Of a DNA stretch of 64,000 nt, positions 39,633-49,575 are shown one piece after another; within the stretch, counting starts at the first letter, position 1; the number at the start of each line of letters is the position of its first letter. Both the position numbers and the translations under genes were made by a program. The stretch is from Candidatus Hydrogenedentota bacterium (lineage in GTDB: Bacteria; Hydrogenedentota; Hydrogenedentia; Hydrogenedentales; SLHB01), in NCBI GenBank assembly GCA_045863295.1, contig BTWA01000031.1:9218-73217 (forward strand), given 5' to 3'. Under the pieces are notes generated by a model. It was given only the letters and a program-made list of their open reading frames with translations. It did not search any database and had not been told where the DNA came from.

Positions 39633-39692
39633 GGATAACCAAGCCCGTCCAAGCGGAGAAACCCGCCTGAGCCTCACACTCAGTTGTTAGGC
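39633..39692 (-). other. Degenerate attC-like imperfect palindrome
   Basis: The - strand reads GCCTAAC...GGCGGGTTTCTCCGCTT...GTTATCC, just downstream of the 39725 gene. Confidence 0.25.
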
Positions 39693-39724
39693 AGTTGACG
39701 AAGAAACCGCCAGTTCGTTACCCA

Positions 39725-41326
39725 TTATGAGGTCGGTACAAGAGGCGAAGCTTGCGAACCACCGTTTTCATTACGGTCAGAAGGCAATGTATTTAACACA
39801 TCGCGCGCCCACAATACTGCAATCGGCGCCCACATGGGATAGAGCGTAGCCCACTGCGTCGCAAGACCACCCATGGAGATACCGGTCGCACCCGCCGCGG
39901 CCATACCGACGCTGGGTACGCCCCAAAGCATCGCAATTCCGATAAACGCCACAACCTCGGTAACCAAGACCCCTATGAACACGCGAATCATACGTGTCTT
40001 CAACCGCACAAATTGTACGCCGCATACAAGCAGGATCAAATAACAGACCGACATGAGCATGCTAAAGAAAAGATAGATAGGAAAGAAAAAAGGTGTGGAC
40101 TCCATATCGGAATGGTCTATCAAGACACTTATGACGATAGGCAAGGTGTACATAATGCCAAGCGCGCCAAATACCAGAGTAAGCAGGCCCAACGCAACCA
40201 TGACACCCTTCGCCATGCGAAGCCGGCCCAGATATATATTCGCTGTCGGTGGAAATAGTATGTAGCCGACCCGGTCGTGTCTTCTGGAGATCCATCTAAA
40301 CGCCGCTCCCAGTACAAAAAGGTAGTACGTGCTTCTCCAGAAACGAGGTGGCACTTCAGCAAGTGGAGAGTGACGGTTCACAGGAATGTTCTCTGCGCCG
40401 TTCAACGCAAATAAAAACTCGGTAATGAGTACCATGCCAGGTCCAATCAGCATCATGATGCCGAATCCCAGGAACAGTCCGCCCAATGCGCTGGCCACTT
40501 TCGGGAAGGCCGGTGCCGAGCACTGCCTGTTTGATTCGAGAATCGACGGACCGTGCATAATCGATTCGCTGCGGGAGACCAATACCATGCCCGGCAGCAA
40601 CAGGGTTAAACCAGCGAATCGAAGCCAATCATCCATTCGCTGTGCCACGTCGTCCGTTAGTGCCAGACTGTCCCGTAAAATATCGATAAGGAATCCCGCC
40701 GGCAACAAAACGAACGGCGACAGAACAAACATTACTCCGGTTGTCCAGCATACCTTGCCAAGCCAACGGCGTTCGATCGGATTGAAAAAGTCGCGCGGCA
40801 CAAACACATACCCCGCGGTCTCCCGGCGGCGGATAATCCAGTACCAACACAACCCCAACCCCACAGCCAGGGCTCCGTAACGCAACTGCCCTGATTGAGC
40901 AGCCTCTAAAATGCCCGATATGTCCAGTTGCAGTATCGATCGGCCGTCGGTTGACTTCACCAGCATACCCAATCCAATCGTATTCGCCAGCGGCAAGCCG
41001 ATCAGGACAATTCCGATCGCTGTCAGCAAATAGGGCCCCAGAAGCGAAGTGCGCTCCGCATCATCCGGAGGCCAAGCGTAGGGCTCGATCCGTGATCGCC
41101 AATACGATCCCGTTGAATACAACAGAAGCCCCAAAACCAGCGGAACCGCTCCCGCGAGGGTAAGCACAATGGCCGCGTTCGCAATTGGAAGTTCATCCAA
41201 CCCCAGCCACCGGCGAACCGGCGGTTCGCCGGCTAAGTAACCGGCGGCCGACAGGAAGATCACAGGCGCGAACAAAAGGATTCGTCCCAGCACCATCAGT
41301 ATTTTGGAGGCGAACAAGGCTTTCAT
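39725..41326 (-). CDS. Polytopic membrane protein of unknown function
   Basis: Many hydrophobic segments; C-terminus resembles that of the upstream gene. Confidence 0.75.
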   Translation of the reverse strand: MKALFASKILMVLGRILLFAPVIFLSAAGYLAGEPPVRRWLGLDELPIANAAIVLTLAGAVPLVLGLLLYSTGSYWRSRIEPYAWPPDDAERTSLLGPYLLTAIGIVLIGLPLANTIGLGMLVKSTDGRSILQLDISGILEAAQSGQLRYGALAVGLGLCWYWIIRRRETAGYVFVPRDFFNPIERRWLGKVCWTTGVMFVLSPFVLLPAGFLIDILRDSLALTDDVAQRMDDWLRFAGLTLLLPGMVLVSRSESIMHGPSILESNRQCSAPAFPKVASALGGLFLGFGIMMLIGPGMVLITEFLFALNGAENIPVNRHSPLAEVPPRFWRSTYYLFVLGAAFRWISRRHDRVGYILFPPTANIYLGRLRMAKGVMVALGLLTLVFGALGIMYTLPIVISVLIDHSDMESTPFFFPIYLFFSMLMSVCYLILLVCGVQFVRLKTRMIRVFIGVLVTEVVAFIGIAMLWGVPSVGMAAAGATGISMGGLATQWATLYPMWAPIAVLWARDVLNTLPSDRNENGGSQASPLVPTS

Positions 41327-41338
41327 TGCGAGTCTCGA

Positions 41339-42148
41339 TCACATGGTCGCGTGCGGTATGACCTCGTCGATATTGTCCATGTCCCTATCGTTTTCCGGAT
41401 TGCCTTCACCCACATTTAGCCGATCGGATGCCCACGTAGCCAACAAGGGCGCCCACACAGGAAAGAGTAAAAGGCCCTGAAAGACCAATCCCCCACTGGC
41501 AACGCCCGCGGCGGCGGATATGTTCGATCCAAATCCGGGAATCACGGAGATCGCAATCATCGTGAAAAAGTAGACGATCTCGCAAAGCAGGATTCCGATG
41601 AACAAGGACAAGATCCCGTTTCGCGCTCGAATGAAGTGCCAACCGCAATACGCAAGGCCAAGGAAAGAAGCGACGCATATACCCGACATGACACAGTACA
41701 CGGGGTAAAAATAGTGAAGCTCGTGTTCAACTGTCAGCTCTTGCAGGTACGAAACTCGGGATAAGGAGACCGTATTATACAAAAGCCCCGCCACGGCTAC
41801 GAACAACGTCACGGCTCCGACGGCCACAAGGACGATTCGCGCGTCTCGCACTTGTCCAGAGGCCAACTTCTGGCCGTAATACGCTCTCATCCACGCAGGA
41901 TCTTGCCGGCTACGTACGCGCTTTCGCCAGATCAGCCCTGCCGCGATCAGGAATGCGCCTGGAACGACAAAATTCATCCCGAATACGGTCATCAAGAACC
42001 CGGATTGAATGCCCGAATGCGCTTGATCGCTGCGGCTTTCGAAGTTCGCGGCCATTGTGGAGGTAGTTATCACAAGGCCCCACAGTGGTCCGGTGAGAAA
42101 AACGACTCCCAAAGCCAACAGCATTTTCGGTCCACGTATGGCCTTCAT
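41339..42148 (-). CDS. Membrane protein with N-terminal ExbB/MotA-like helical hairpin
   Basis: GPLWGLVITTSTMAANF...SGIQSGFLMTVFG; AGGAGG ribosome-binding site. Confidence 0.7.
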   Translation of the reverse strand: MKAIRGPKMLLALGVVFLTGPLWGLVITTSTMAANFESRSDQAHSGIQSGFLMTVFGMNFVVPGAFLIAAGLIWRKRVRSRQDPAWMRAYYGQKLASGQVRDARIVLVAVGAVTLFVAVAGLLYNTVSLSRVSYLQELTVEHELHYFYPVYCVMSGICVASFLGLAYCGWHFIRARNGILSLFIGILLCEIVYFFTMIAISVIPGFGSNISAAAGVASGGLVFQGLLLFPVWAPLLATWASDRLNVGEGNPENDRDMDNIDEVIPHATM

Positions 42149-42258
42149 GCCTGCCTCCTAACCCGCGTCCTACAATACTATAGTCTGTGTTTTCAGGCAA
42201 CCGCCCCTAAGACGGAGGATTGGTTTGTCGAGTCTCCGCGCTTGCCACGCGGTGCGAT

Positions 42259-43815
42259 CTAACCGTGCCGGCTGTTTCCTCGACTTCGATACGCATCCAA
42301 CAATTCCTGCAATTCCTTCACCAACTCCGGCTCATCGCTAAACAGATTTTTCGTCTCGCCGGGGTCCGATGCCATGTCGTAGAGTTGCCCCGGCGGGTCG
42401 CCTTCCTGTCCGGGGCCTGACCAACCGCCGGACCCTTTGCCTTCGATGTATTTCCATGGCCCCTTGCGAATTGCGAACATGCCTTGCACCGAATGATGGA
42501 CCAGGGCCTCGCGAATAGGGGCCGTATTCGTTCCTTCAAACGCGGCCAGCATATTGCAGCTGTCTCCAGCCGCGCCTTCCGGAATTACATATCCCGTGAT
42601 CGCCGCGAGCGTGGCCGCAAGATCCATCGAGCAAATCAGCTCGTCCGACACCTCACCCTCGGGCACGTGCCCCGGCCAGCGCACGACAAACGGCACACGA
42701 TGTCCGCCTTCCCAGATATCCGCCTTGATGCCGCGAAAGATGTGACTGGGATTGTGGCCGAAGCGCCGCAGCGATCCCACTTCGCCGTTCATGTTCTCAC
42801 CGTCCCGCGCGGGCGATCCATTGTCGCTCGTAAAAATGAGAATTGTATTCTCCACCTGCCCCGTTTCCTCCAAAGCCTGCATAACGCGTCCGACGGTATC
42901 GTCTACCTGGCAGACATAATCCCCATACCGATGCGCCATGCTCTTGCCGATGAATTCCGCAGCGGGTGCGACGGGCGTATGCGGCGCGGTCAGCGGGAAG
43001 TACAGAAAGAACGGACCTTCAATTTTGTTGAAGGGATCATCGCCCGGTTTCGCCTTGATGAAATCGACGGCCTTCTGCGTGATCGCGGGCATGACGGCAT
43101 CCAGCTTCCAGCCTTCCACCATCGGCCCCGGCGTGCCAAACATCGCGTCGGGCTTCGGCACCGTGGGTATCGCCGTTACGCGGTCGTTCTCAATAAAGCA
43201 ATACGGCGCGAAGTTCGGCACGTCATCGCCAAAATAATAATGAAAACCCCGCGTGGTGGGTCCTTCGCCGATCGGCTGCGCGAAATCCACCTTCCACCCG
43301 AACGGATCGCGCACCGCCGGATCGCTTTTGCCGATGGCTACCATGTCATTCACGCGAGAACCGTCCGCCGTCGGCCAATGCCACCCCAGGTGCCACTTGC
43401 CAATACAGGCCGTTGTATACCCCTGGTCCCGCAACATGTGGCCAATCGTCCAACGGTCTCTGTCAATCAACGGCTCATCCCACGTCCAGAGCACGTGCTC
43501 CTTGAGCCGCGACCGCCATGCGTACTCCCCGGTCAGGATGCTGTAGCGGGTCGGGGAGCACACCGCACTTGACGAGTGCGCATCCGTAAAACGCATGCCT
43601 TGTGTTGCCAGGCGGTCCAGATTCGGCGTGGGTATCTTCGATTCCGGGTTTTGGCATGCCATGTCGCCAAAGCCCATGTCGTCCGCAAGGATGAAGACGA
43701 TGTTGGGCCGAAGCGACGATGCTTCGGGCGCCGCGGAACGCATGGTTGATGCCGCAAGTGTTGCGGCTACGGCCGACTTCAAAAAATCCCTGCGCGACCT
43801 CATGACGGTGTGCAT
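42259..43815 (-). CDS. Sulfatase S1 (arylsulfatase A-like, Tat signal)
   Basis: SRRDFLK, PNIVFILADDMG, CSPTRYSILTG, GKWHLG, WEGGHRVPF. Confidence 0.95.
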   Translation of the reverse strand: MHTVMRSRRDFLKSAVAATLAASTMRSAAPEASSLRPNIVFILADDMGFGDMACQNPESKIPTPNLDRLATQGMRFTDAHSSSAVCSPTRYSILTGEYAWRSRLKEHVLWTWDEPLIDRDRWTIGHMLRDQGYTTACIGKWHLGWHWPTADGSRVNDMVAIGKSDPAVRDPFGWKVDFAQPIGEGPTTRGFHYYFGDDVPNFAPYCFIENDRVTAIPTVPKPDAMFGTPGPMVEGWKLDAVMPAITQKAVDFIKAKPGDDPFNKIEGPFFLYFPLTAPHTPVAPAAEFIGKSMAHRYGDYVCQVDDTVGRVMQALEETGQVENTILIFTSDNGSPARDGENMNGEVGSLRRFGHNPSHIFRGIKADIWEGGHRVPFVVRWPGHVPEGEVSDELICSMDLAATLAAITGYVIPEGAAGDSCNMLAAFEGTNTAPIREALVHHSVQGMFAIRKGPWKYIEGKGSGGWSGPGQEGDPPGQLYDMASDPGETKNLFSDEPELVKELQELLDAYRSRGNSRHG

Positions 43816-44178
43816 GCGATATCCGCCCTGTGTGTGTTGTGCCGATGCTTGAGTATAAAACATGGCAAGTCGATGACAACGCTTTTTCTCTTGATGGTTG
43901 CTCGTTCCTTGCGTTTCTTGCCGGTCTGCCCGTGCGGCGTATTTCGAGGTGCGCGTCATACACCCAAGGCTCTGAGGTGAGGCCAATGCCCCCTATAGTC
44001 TTGCCTTTTCCGTTGCATTTCCTTAGCGGATTGAAACAAGGGTAAATGATGGAATTGCGCGATTTTCGCATCTATGGTTTGGCGCGGAATGCGTAGTTGC
44101 GGTGCAGGGGACCGTCCACGTTTTAATTCGTAGTCCCTGAATTTTTCTAAATTTACTGTGGATTTAAACCCGTACCGC

Positions 44179-46017
44179 TCAGTCTGCTCGACCGATTACC
44201 ACGTAATTCCACACCAGATTCCGGCCCTCGGCAGCGATCCCGATATCCGCCGGCGTGGATACGGGATCGCCGTTGGGATCGTAGACCGTTACGACGTACT
44301 GTTGATTGGCTTCGACCTGTTCGATGGAATACTCGCCTTCCGACCCGATCACCGCTGAATAAGGGGGGATTTCCTCGTCGGTTGGGCCATCTTCATGGCT
44401 CAATGCATCTATTTCCACGGTATATCCGTGCGCGGGTTGGCCATTGGCAAGCGAGACTCGCCCCAATACGCGGGTTGTGCCGGCCATCTGCAATTCGAGT
44501 AATTGACCGGCGCTTACTTCAATATCGCCAAACACAGTCCGGCCGTAATCGCCGTGGAATATGTAGAAAGTGAGCTTGCCCTGATCCGGAGGCAGGCTTA
44601 AGTAGAATGTCCCATCCTGTTGAGTCTGAATTGAAAAGGCCGTATCCGCACAAAACACAGTCGCGTCAGCCAATCGAGTTCTCGAAGGCGAGAACACGAT
44701 CCCTTCGATGCTCCCTCCCGGCAAAAGCGTGAAGTTGACGTTGTCAATCACTGCGCCCGGCGAAATAGTCACTTCACCCTCCGTCCGGTTCTCAACCACG
44801 TAGTCGCGCGCATTCACCGATACCAACGCGGCCCCGTCGAACCGTATACCCGTAAGTTCATACCATCCGTCCGCGCCAGTGACCCCGTACGATATGTGTC
44901 GCCCATTGCCGAGTATCCGGCTTAGCGTGGAAGCATTGTCGAAGCCCGGCTTCGTAATCGGAATTCCCGGCGCCACGAGCGCCACCTGAGCCCCGGCGAC
45001 CGGGTGTCCTTCGTGATTCGTGACCGATCCGCGGACCCGGGCATATAGAGAAGGATCGGCAATTTCACCGGGTTCAAGCGCCGGCCTTATTGACGCACGC
45101 AATGCGCTAACTAGATCCGCAGCCGGTTTTGGACCGGCAGGGGACTCCAAGGGTGCGGCCAATTCACCCGCCGCCCGATCCATTTCCACGCGCGGCAGGG
45201 TGTTCTTCGGAATCGTTGCGATCGGTGTTTGTTCCGGTATCAGCATGTATACAGCGGCAACAACGACAGTGGCCACGGCAATACCCGCGACGGCTTTTTT
45301 CACGGCCAATCCTCCCAACATCCAATAGGCGCTTTGCGTAGAGGCCAACGCGGATCCGGCGGGTGCGGCAATGTGTCCCGTGCCGGCCAAGGCCAGTTTG
45401 GCTAAAGACAACGACAATCGTGCAGGAACTTCCGCGGATACCGCGCCCTCCAAAAGAGAAACCACCGCGATTGCCGGCAAAGGTACGCCGGACTTTGTTA
45501 ATACAGCCCGCAACGCGTCTATTGCCCTTTTTAGCCGGTGCGACACGGCTTGCTGGGTAATTCCTTGCTCCTCCGCAATTTCTTGTTGTGTGCGGCCTTG
45601 CAGAAAATGGGCAACGATAAGGTTTCGCTCGTTTTCGGCAAGCGCTGCAATGGCGGCGTCAACGTGCTGCACTAGATCGTCCAAGGGAATTCTCGAATGT
45701 GCATTTCCGGCCTGAACACCGCTCCGTTCCGCGCGTTTCCGGCGTCGCGAGTCCATCTTCCGGCGATCGAGCGAACGGGTCGTGGCCACCCGGTGAAGCC
45801 ATGGACCAATGAATTCCGCGATATGGGCAGGAGCCTGCGCAAGCAACACAAAGCAGTCTTGCGTAATCTCTTCGGCATCGTGGCTGTTCCGGAGAATCCG
45901 CAAGCACGTCCCATACACCATGCGCGAATGCCGTTGAATCAGGGCATGGAACGCTTCGCCATCCCGGCGAGTCTGCCATTGCTTTAATAGTTCGGCCTCG
46001 TGGGTCATATCGATCAT
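44179..46017 (-). CDS. ECF sigma factor with TM and carboxypeptidase-regulatory-like extracytoplasmic extension
   Basis: AFHALIQRHSRMVY, DAEEITQDCF, WLHRVA, EIAEEQGITQQAVSHRL; TM; VRGSVTNHEGHPVAGA-type repeats. Start 46017 or 46008. Confidence 0.85.
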   Translation of the reverse strand: MIDMTHEAELLKQWQTRRDGEAFHALIQRHSRMVYGTCLRILRNSHDAEEITQDCFVLLAQAPAHIAEFIGPWLHRVATTRSLDRRKMDSRRRKRAERSGVQAGNAHSRIPLDDLVQHVDAAIAALAENERNLIVAHFLQGRTQQEIAEEQGITQQAVSHRLKRAIDALRAVLTKSGVPLPAIAVVSLLEGAVSAEVPARLSLSLAKLALAGTGHIAAPAGSALASTQSAYWMLGGLAVKKAVAGIAVATVVVAAVYMLIPEQTPIATIPKNTLPRVEMDRAAGELAAPLESPAGPKPAADLVSALRASIRPALEPGEIADPSLYARVRGSVTNHEGHPVAGAQVALVAPGIPITKPGFDNASTLSRILGNGRHISYGVTGADGWYELTGIRFDGAALVSVNARDYVVENRTEGEVTISPGAVIDNVNFTLLPGGSIEGIVFSPSRTRLADATVFCADTAFSIQTQQDGTFYLSLPPDQGKLTFYIFHGDYGRTVFGDIEVSAGQLLELQMAGTTRVLGRVSLANGQPAHGYTVEIDALSHEDGPTDEEIPPYSAVIGSEGEYSIEQVEANQQYVVTVYDPNGDPVSTPADIGIAAEGRNLVWNYVVIGRAD

Positions 46018-46120
46018 CCAGCTTCCGCCAGCGTGGGCTCTGACTGCTATAACGACGCCGGAGGCACAGATACAAATAATCCATCGCAAATAGAAGGCCG
46101 TTGGCGCTGAGCGTGGCTAT

Positions 46121-47332
46121 TCACACGTCAAAATGGTCAAGAAGCCAATTCGCCACGTGCTCGCCTAGGCCAATGCACTGAGTGATACCCCGGCCGTTTG
46201 ACGGCTGCACATAGAGTGTCATAATCGGCGCGTTCAGCATCTGGACGGTCGGATTGCCCATCGGTTGCACGCATCGTGCGTAACTGGCGATTGACGTAGC
46301 GGTTAGAGGCATGTGGCCGGCCGGGTCACCGGGCAATACGGATCGATGCACCAGGCGTCCCAACTGATCCCGAATTCTTGCCGCGCATTCGGGGGTGTTG
46401 GCGGCGGCCTGTTCCCAGTTCGTAAAGTGCGTGTCCAGCATGCGGCGCAACCCAGGCACATCGGTCAGCAACGGATGGATGTCGAACTCCCGTACGGCCT
46501 CCTGCAAATGCGGCTTGATTCGTTGACGCGCTGCACCAAAAATCTCGTAGCGCGCAATGGTCGCTTCGCCGGCCACCGAGTAGTCGAGCGAAGGCATGTG
46601 AGCGGGGGACCGGTAATCGAACACATGCAAAAATGTTGTCTCCGATTCGGGTAAGGCGCTTGGAAACAACAACCGGTGCACTCCCGTGCATAGAATGGCA
46701 GCCCGCGCGGCAAGCCGGACGGTTTCCGATGCGGATGCCGCGATGAAATGCGTTCCGTCGAATTCCGTCACGGTATAGCCAAAATAGGGCCGGACGGATT
46801 CATGCGACGCGGCCCATTGGGCAAGTTCCACAACCAGCCGCCGTGGATCAACCGCGAGCGCGGACTCATCGCACACTGCGAATGCGATGTCACCGGCCTT
46901 TAAGAATGGAAAGCGGGCGAGATCCTGTCCATAGATATGTTTGAACGATCTCAGGCGTCCCTCGCACCATGCGGCATCGAGGGCATCGCGCGCGGCGATA
47001 TCCACAGCTTCATTGCCATTGCGCGCACACACCAACCACGGCCGATGTGAAACCGAAATGATATTGGCACGCGCCATATCATTCATAGCGGCCAGTGTCC
47101 GCCGCGCGAGATGGCTTGCCAACGTATCCGGATCGAACGAGTTCGCCAGTATCTGACCCGCTGCGTACGGGCCGCTCGCACTCAGGCCATCAAAGGAGCC
47201 TTCCAACGGCCGGTTCGAGTCAAACCAGAGTATCCGGCCCCGGCGCTTTGGATGCGCCGCCAGCGCAGCCACCGTGGCCGCGCCCACCGGCCCTCCGCCC
47301 ACGACCGCAATGTCGTCCGTCACCTCACGCAC
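46121..47332 (-). CDS. FAD-dependent oxidoreductase (DAO-like, divergent)
   Basis: DIAVVGGGPVG, VDPRRL, ILCTG, NGRGIT. Confidence 0.7.
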   Translation of the reverse strand: MREVTDDIAVVGGGPVGAATVAALAAHPKRRGRILWFDSNRPLEGSFDGLSASGPYAAGQILANSFDPDTLASHLARRTLAAMNDMARANIISVSHRPWLVCARNGNEAVDIAARDALDAAWCEGRLRSFKHIYGQDLARFPFLKAGDIAFAVCDESALAVDPRRLVVELAQWAASHESVRPYFGYTVTEFDGTHFIAASASETVRLAARAAILCTGVHRLLFPSALPESETTFLHVFDYRSPAHMPSLDYSVAGEATIARYEIFGAARQRIKPHLQEAVREFDIHPLLTDVPGLRRMLDTHFTNWEQAAANTPECAARIRDQLGRLVHRSVLPGDPAGHMPLTATSIASYARCVQPMGNPTVQMLNAPIMTLYVQPSNGRGITQCIGLGEHVANWLLDHFDV

Positions 47333-47477
47333 AGCAGTGCCCTCCCGCGATCAATGTACCGGAAGTGGCCATTGCCAGCGAAGTTGCGCGGACGTATTGC
47401 ACCAACCCGGATTCGGGTATACAGTATCGGCCCATGCGCTCTGCCAGGAGACATGGCTGCGCGGGGGGAATGCGGGA

Positions 47478-48695
47478 ATGACACAAAATGTATCGACTAC
47501 GGCGGAAACAACCCAGTCATCGGGTATGCCTGTCCGGTTAACCTCGCTTGACGGTTACCGCGGTTTTGTCATGCTGTTGATGATGGCCGAAGTGCTGCGC
47601 CTGGGTGCCGTGGCCGCGGCGAATCCTGAAAGCGGATTCTGGAAGTTCCTGGCCCACCATCAGAGCCACGTTGAGTGGGTGGGCTGTTCGCTCCACGATC
47701 TGATTCAACCTTCCTTCTCTTTTATTGTCGGCGTCGCATTACCGTTTTCCATCGCGGCTCGCACTGCAAAAGGACAATCCAAACTCCGCATGTCGCTTCA
47801 CGCATTCTGGCGCTCCTTGCTACTCATTCTTCTTGGCGTCTTTTTGCGTTCCACCCACGCGGGCCAGACAAACTGGACTTTTGAAGATACGTTGTCTCAG
47901 ATAGGCCTTGGCTACGGGTTTCTTTTTCTGCTCGGGTTTCGAGCGGCTATCTGGCAATGGTCTGCATTCGCCTTTATCCTCCTTGGCTATTGGATCGCCT
48001 TCGCGCTCTACCCGCTGCCGGGTCCCGAATTTGACTGGGCCGCCATCGGCCTCGCGCCCGATTGGCCCGGCAATGCGGCGGGGCTCGCCGCGCACTGGAA
48101 TAAGAACACTAATTTTGCCTGGGCATTCGACACCTGGTTTATGAACCTGTTCCCGCGCGAGAACCCGTTCGTGCGAAACGGCGGCGGATACTCGACGCTC
48201 AGTTTCATTCCCACACTCGCCACGATGATTCTCGGACTGATTGCCGGTGAAGTGTTGAAAAGCGATCGAAGCCCGGTGAAGAAGATGCAGTGGATGCTTG
48301 CGGCGGGGCTCGCCTGTCTTCTGGCCGGTTGGCTGCTGGGCGCGCTCGGTATCTGTCCGGTCGTCAAACGCATCTGGACCCCAAGCTGGGTCCTGTTCAG
48401 CGGCGGGTGGTGCTTGCTGCTGCTGGCCGCGTTCTACGGCATCGTGGATTGGGCCGCATACAAGGCGTGGTCATTCCCATTGATTGTGATAGGCATGAAT
48501 TCCATCGCCGCTTACTGCATTGCCCACTTGTTTGACGGTTTTATCGCTTCCAATCTGAAAACCCATCTGGGACAGGATTTCTTCAAGCTGTTCGGCGACA
48601 ATTACGAAGTGTTCTTCCACGGCGCGGCCATATTGCTGGCCTATTGGCTGATACTTTACTGGATGTATCGCAGAAGGTTGTTCTTGCGGATTTGA
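47478..48695 (+). CDS. HGSNAT/NagX-like membrane acyltransferase (DUF5009-type)
   Basis: RLTSLDGYRG, HVEWVGCSLHDLIQPSF, KRIWTPSWVL, GMNSIAAY. Confidence 0.85.
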   Translation: MTQNVSTTAETTQSSGMPVRLTSLDGYRGFVMLLMMAEVLRLGAVAAANPESGFWKFLAHHQSHVEWVGCSLHDLIQPSFSFIVGVALPFSIAARTAKGQSKLRMSLHAFWRSLLLILLGVFLRSTHAGQTNWTFEDTLSQIGLGYGFLFLLGFRAAIWQWSAFAFILLGYWIAFALYPLPGPEFDWAAIGLAPDWPGNAAGLAAHWNKNTNFAWAFDTWFMNLFPRENPFVRNGGGYSTLSFIPTLATMILGLIAGEVLKSDRSPVKKMQWMLAAGLACLLAGWLLGALGICPVVKRIWTPSWVLFSGGWCLLLLAAFYGIVDWAAYKAWSFPLIVIGMNSIAAYCIAHLFDGFIASNLKTHLGQDFFKLFGDNYEVFFHGAAILLAYWLILYWMYRRRLFLRI

Positions 48696-48726
48696 GCGAT
48701 GAATCCGTTGCGTGCATCCTGCTGAA

Positions 48727-49404
48727 TCACCGATCGGCCTTGTGGGCAAGCATGATCAGACCCGGCGTGCCGGGGATGCGATGCGCGTCTGAATTGTCGA
48801 CGTCCAAACCCGCGAACAAGGCCATGGCATCCACCAGATCCAGCGATTGGCCTGCCACAAACGTGCGAAATACAGGCAAAAAGACTGGCTTCAAAATGCC
48901 GGGAATTCGCCAATGCTTGACAAAACTCCGGGCATCCTCCAGCCTGCATCCGCGATCGGCTTCCACAATGGCCAGACGCCCGCCCGGTTTCAACACGCGT
49001 ATACACTCGGATACGCCTTTTGCCTGATCGGGCCAATGCTTGATGGACGCGATCGAAACCACCGCGTCGAAGCGTTCATCCTCAAAAGGAATTTCCAGCG
49101 CGGAGCCCTGCACGAACTGAACCCGGTCGCCGTAGGGTGCCGCGCGCCTGGTCGCCCTCGCCACCTGGTCCGGCGACAAATCAAGCCCCGTTATCTTTAC
49201 ACCGTTCAGTGCGTCCGCAAAATGAATGGCCATGTGACCGCCGCCGCAACCCACATCCAGCAATTCCGCGTCCGACGGGATATGTCGAACCAAATGCTCG
49301 TCAATGGCGCTCCCCAATTCCATAATGGCGGGAGCAATGACGCGGTCGTAGATCCAACCTTCAACCTTGCTGTATGGAGACGTTACACGATTCAAAACGG
49401 GCAT
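48727..49404 (-). CDS. Class I SAM-dependent methyltransferase
   Basis: LLDVGCGGG, GLDLS, FDAVVS, RVLKPGG. Confidence 0.9.
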   Translation of the reverse strand: MPVLNRVTSPYSKVEGWIYDRVIAPAIMELGSAIDEHLVRHIPSDAELLDVGCGGGHMAIHFADALNGVKITGLDLSPDQVARATRRAAPYGDRVQFVQGSALEIPFEDERFDAVVSIASIKHWPDQAKGVSECIRVLKPGGRLAIVEADRGCRLEDARSFVKHWRIPGILKPVFLPVFRTFVAGQSLDLVDAMALFAGLDVDNSDAHRIPGTPGLIMLAHKADR

Positions 49405-49575
49405 GCTTGCACGAACCTTTCAATCAAGACACCAACTGCGGGATACCCGGCTACGAACGCCTGAAGTACTCAGTGTACGTGAATTGGGATTCGAAAGAAA
49501 TGAAAACCCCATGGTGGGTCTTGAACACGCGTTGCCGTCGCCGCGCGCCCCAGTGTTCGATGGAATTTGGCGAGA

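Noticed and set aside
41339..42148. ExbB-like protein as motor partner of the secretin ExbD domain
   Set aside because: It is about 29 kb away, has only a degenerate hairpin, and nothing links the two.
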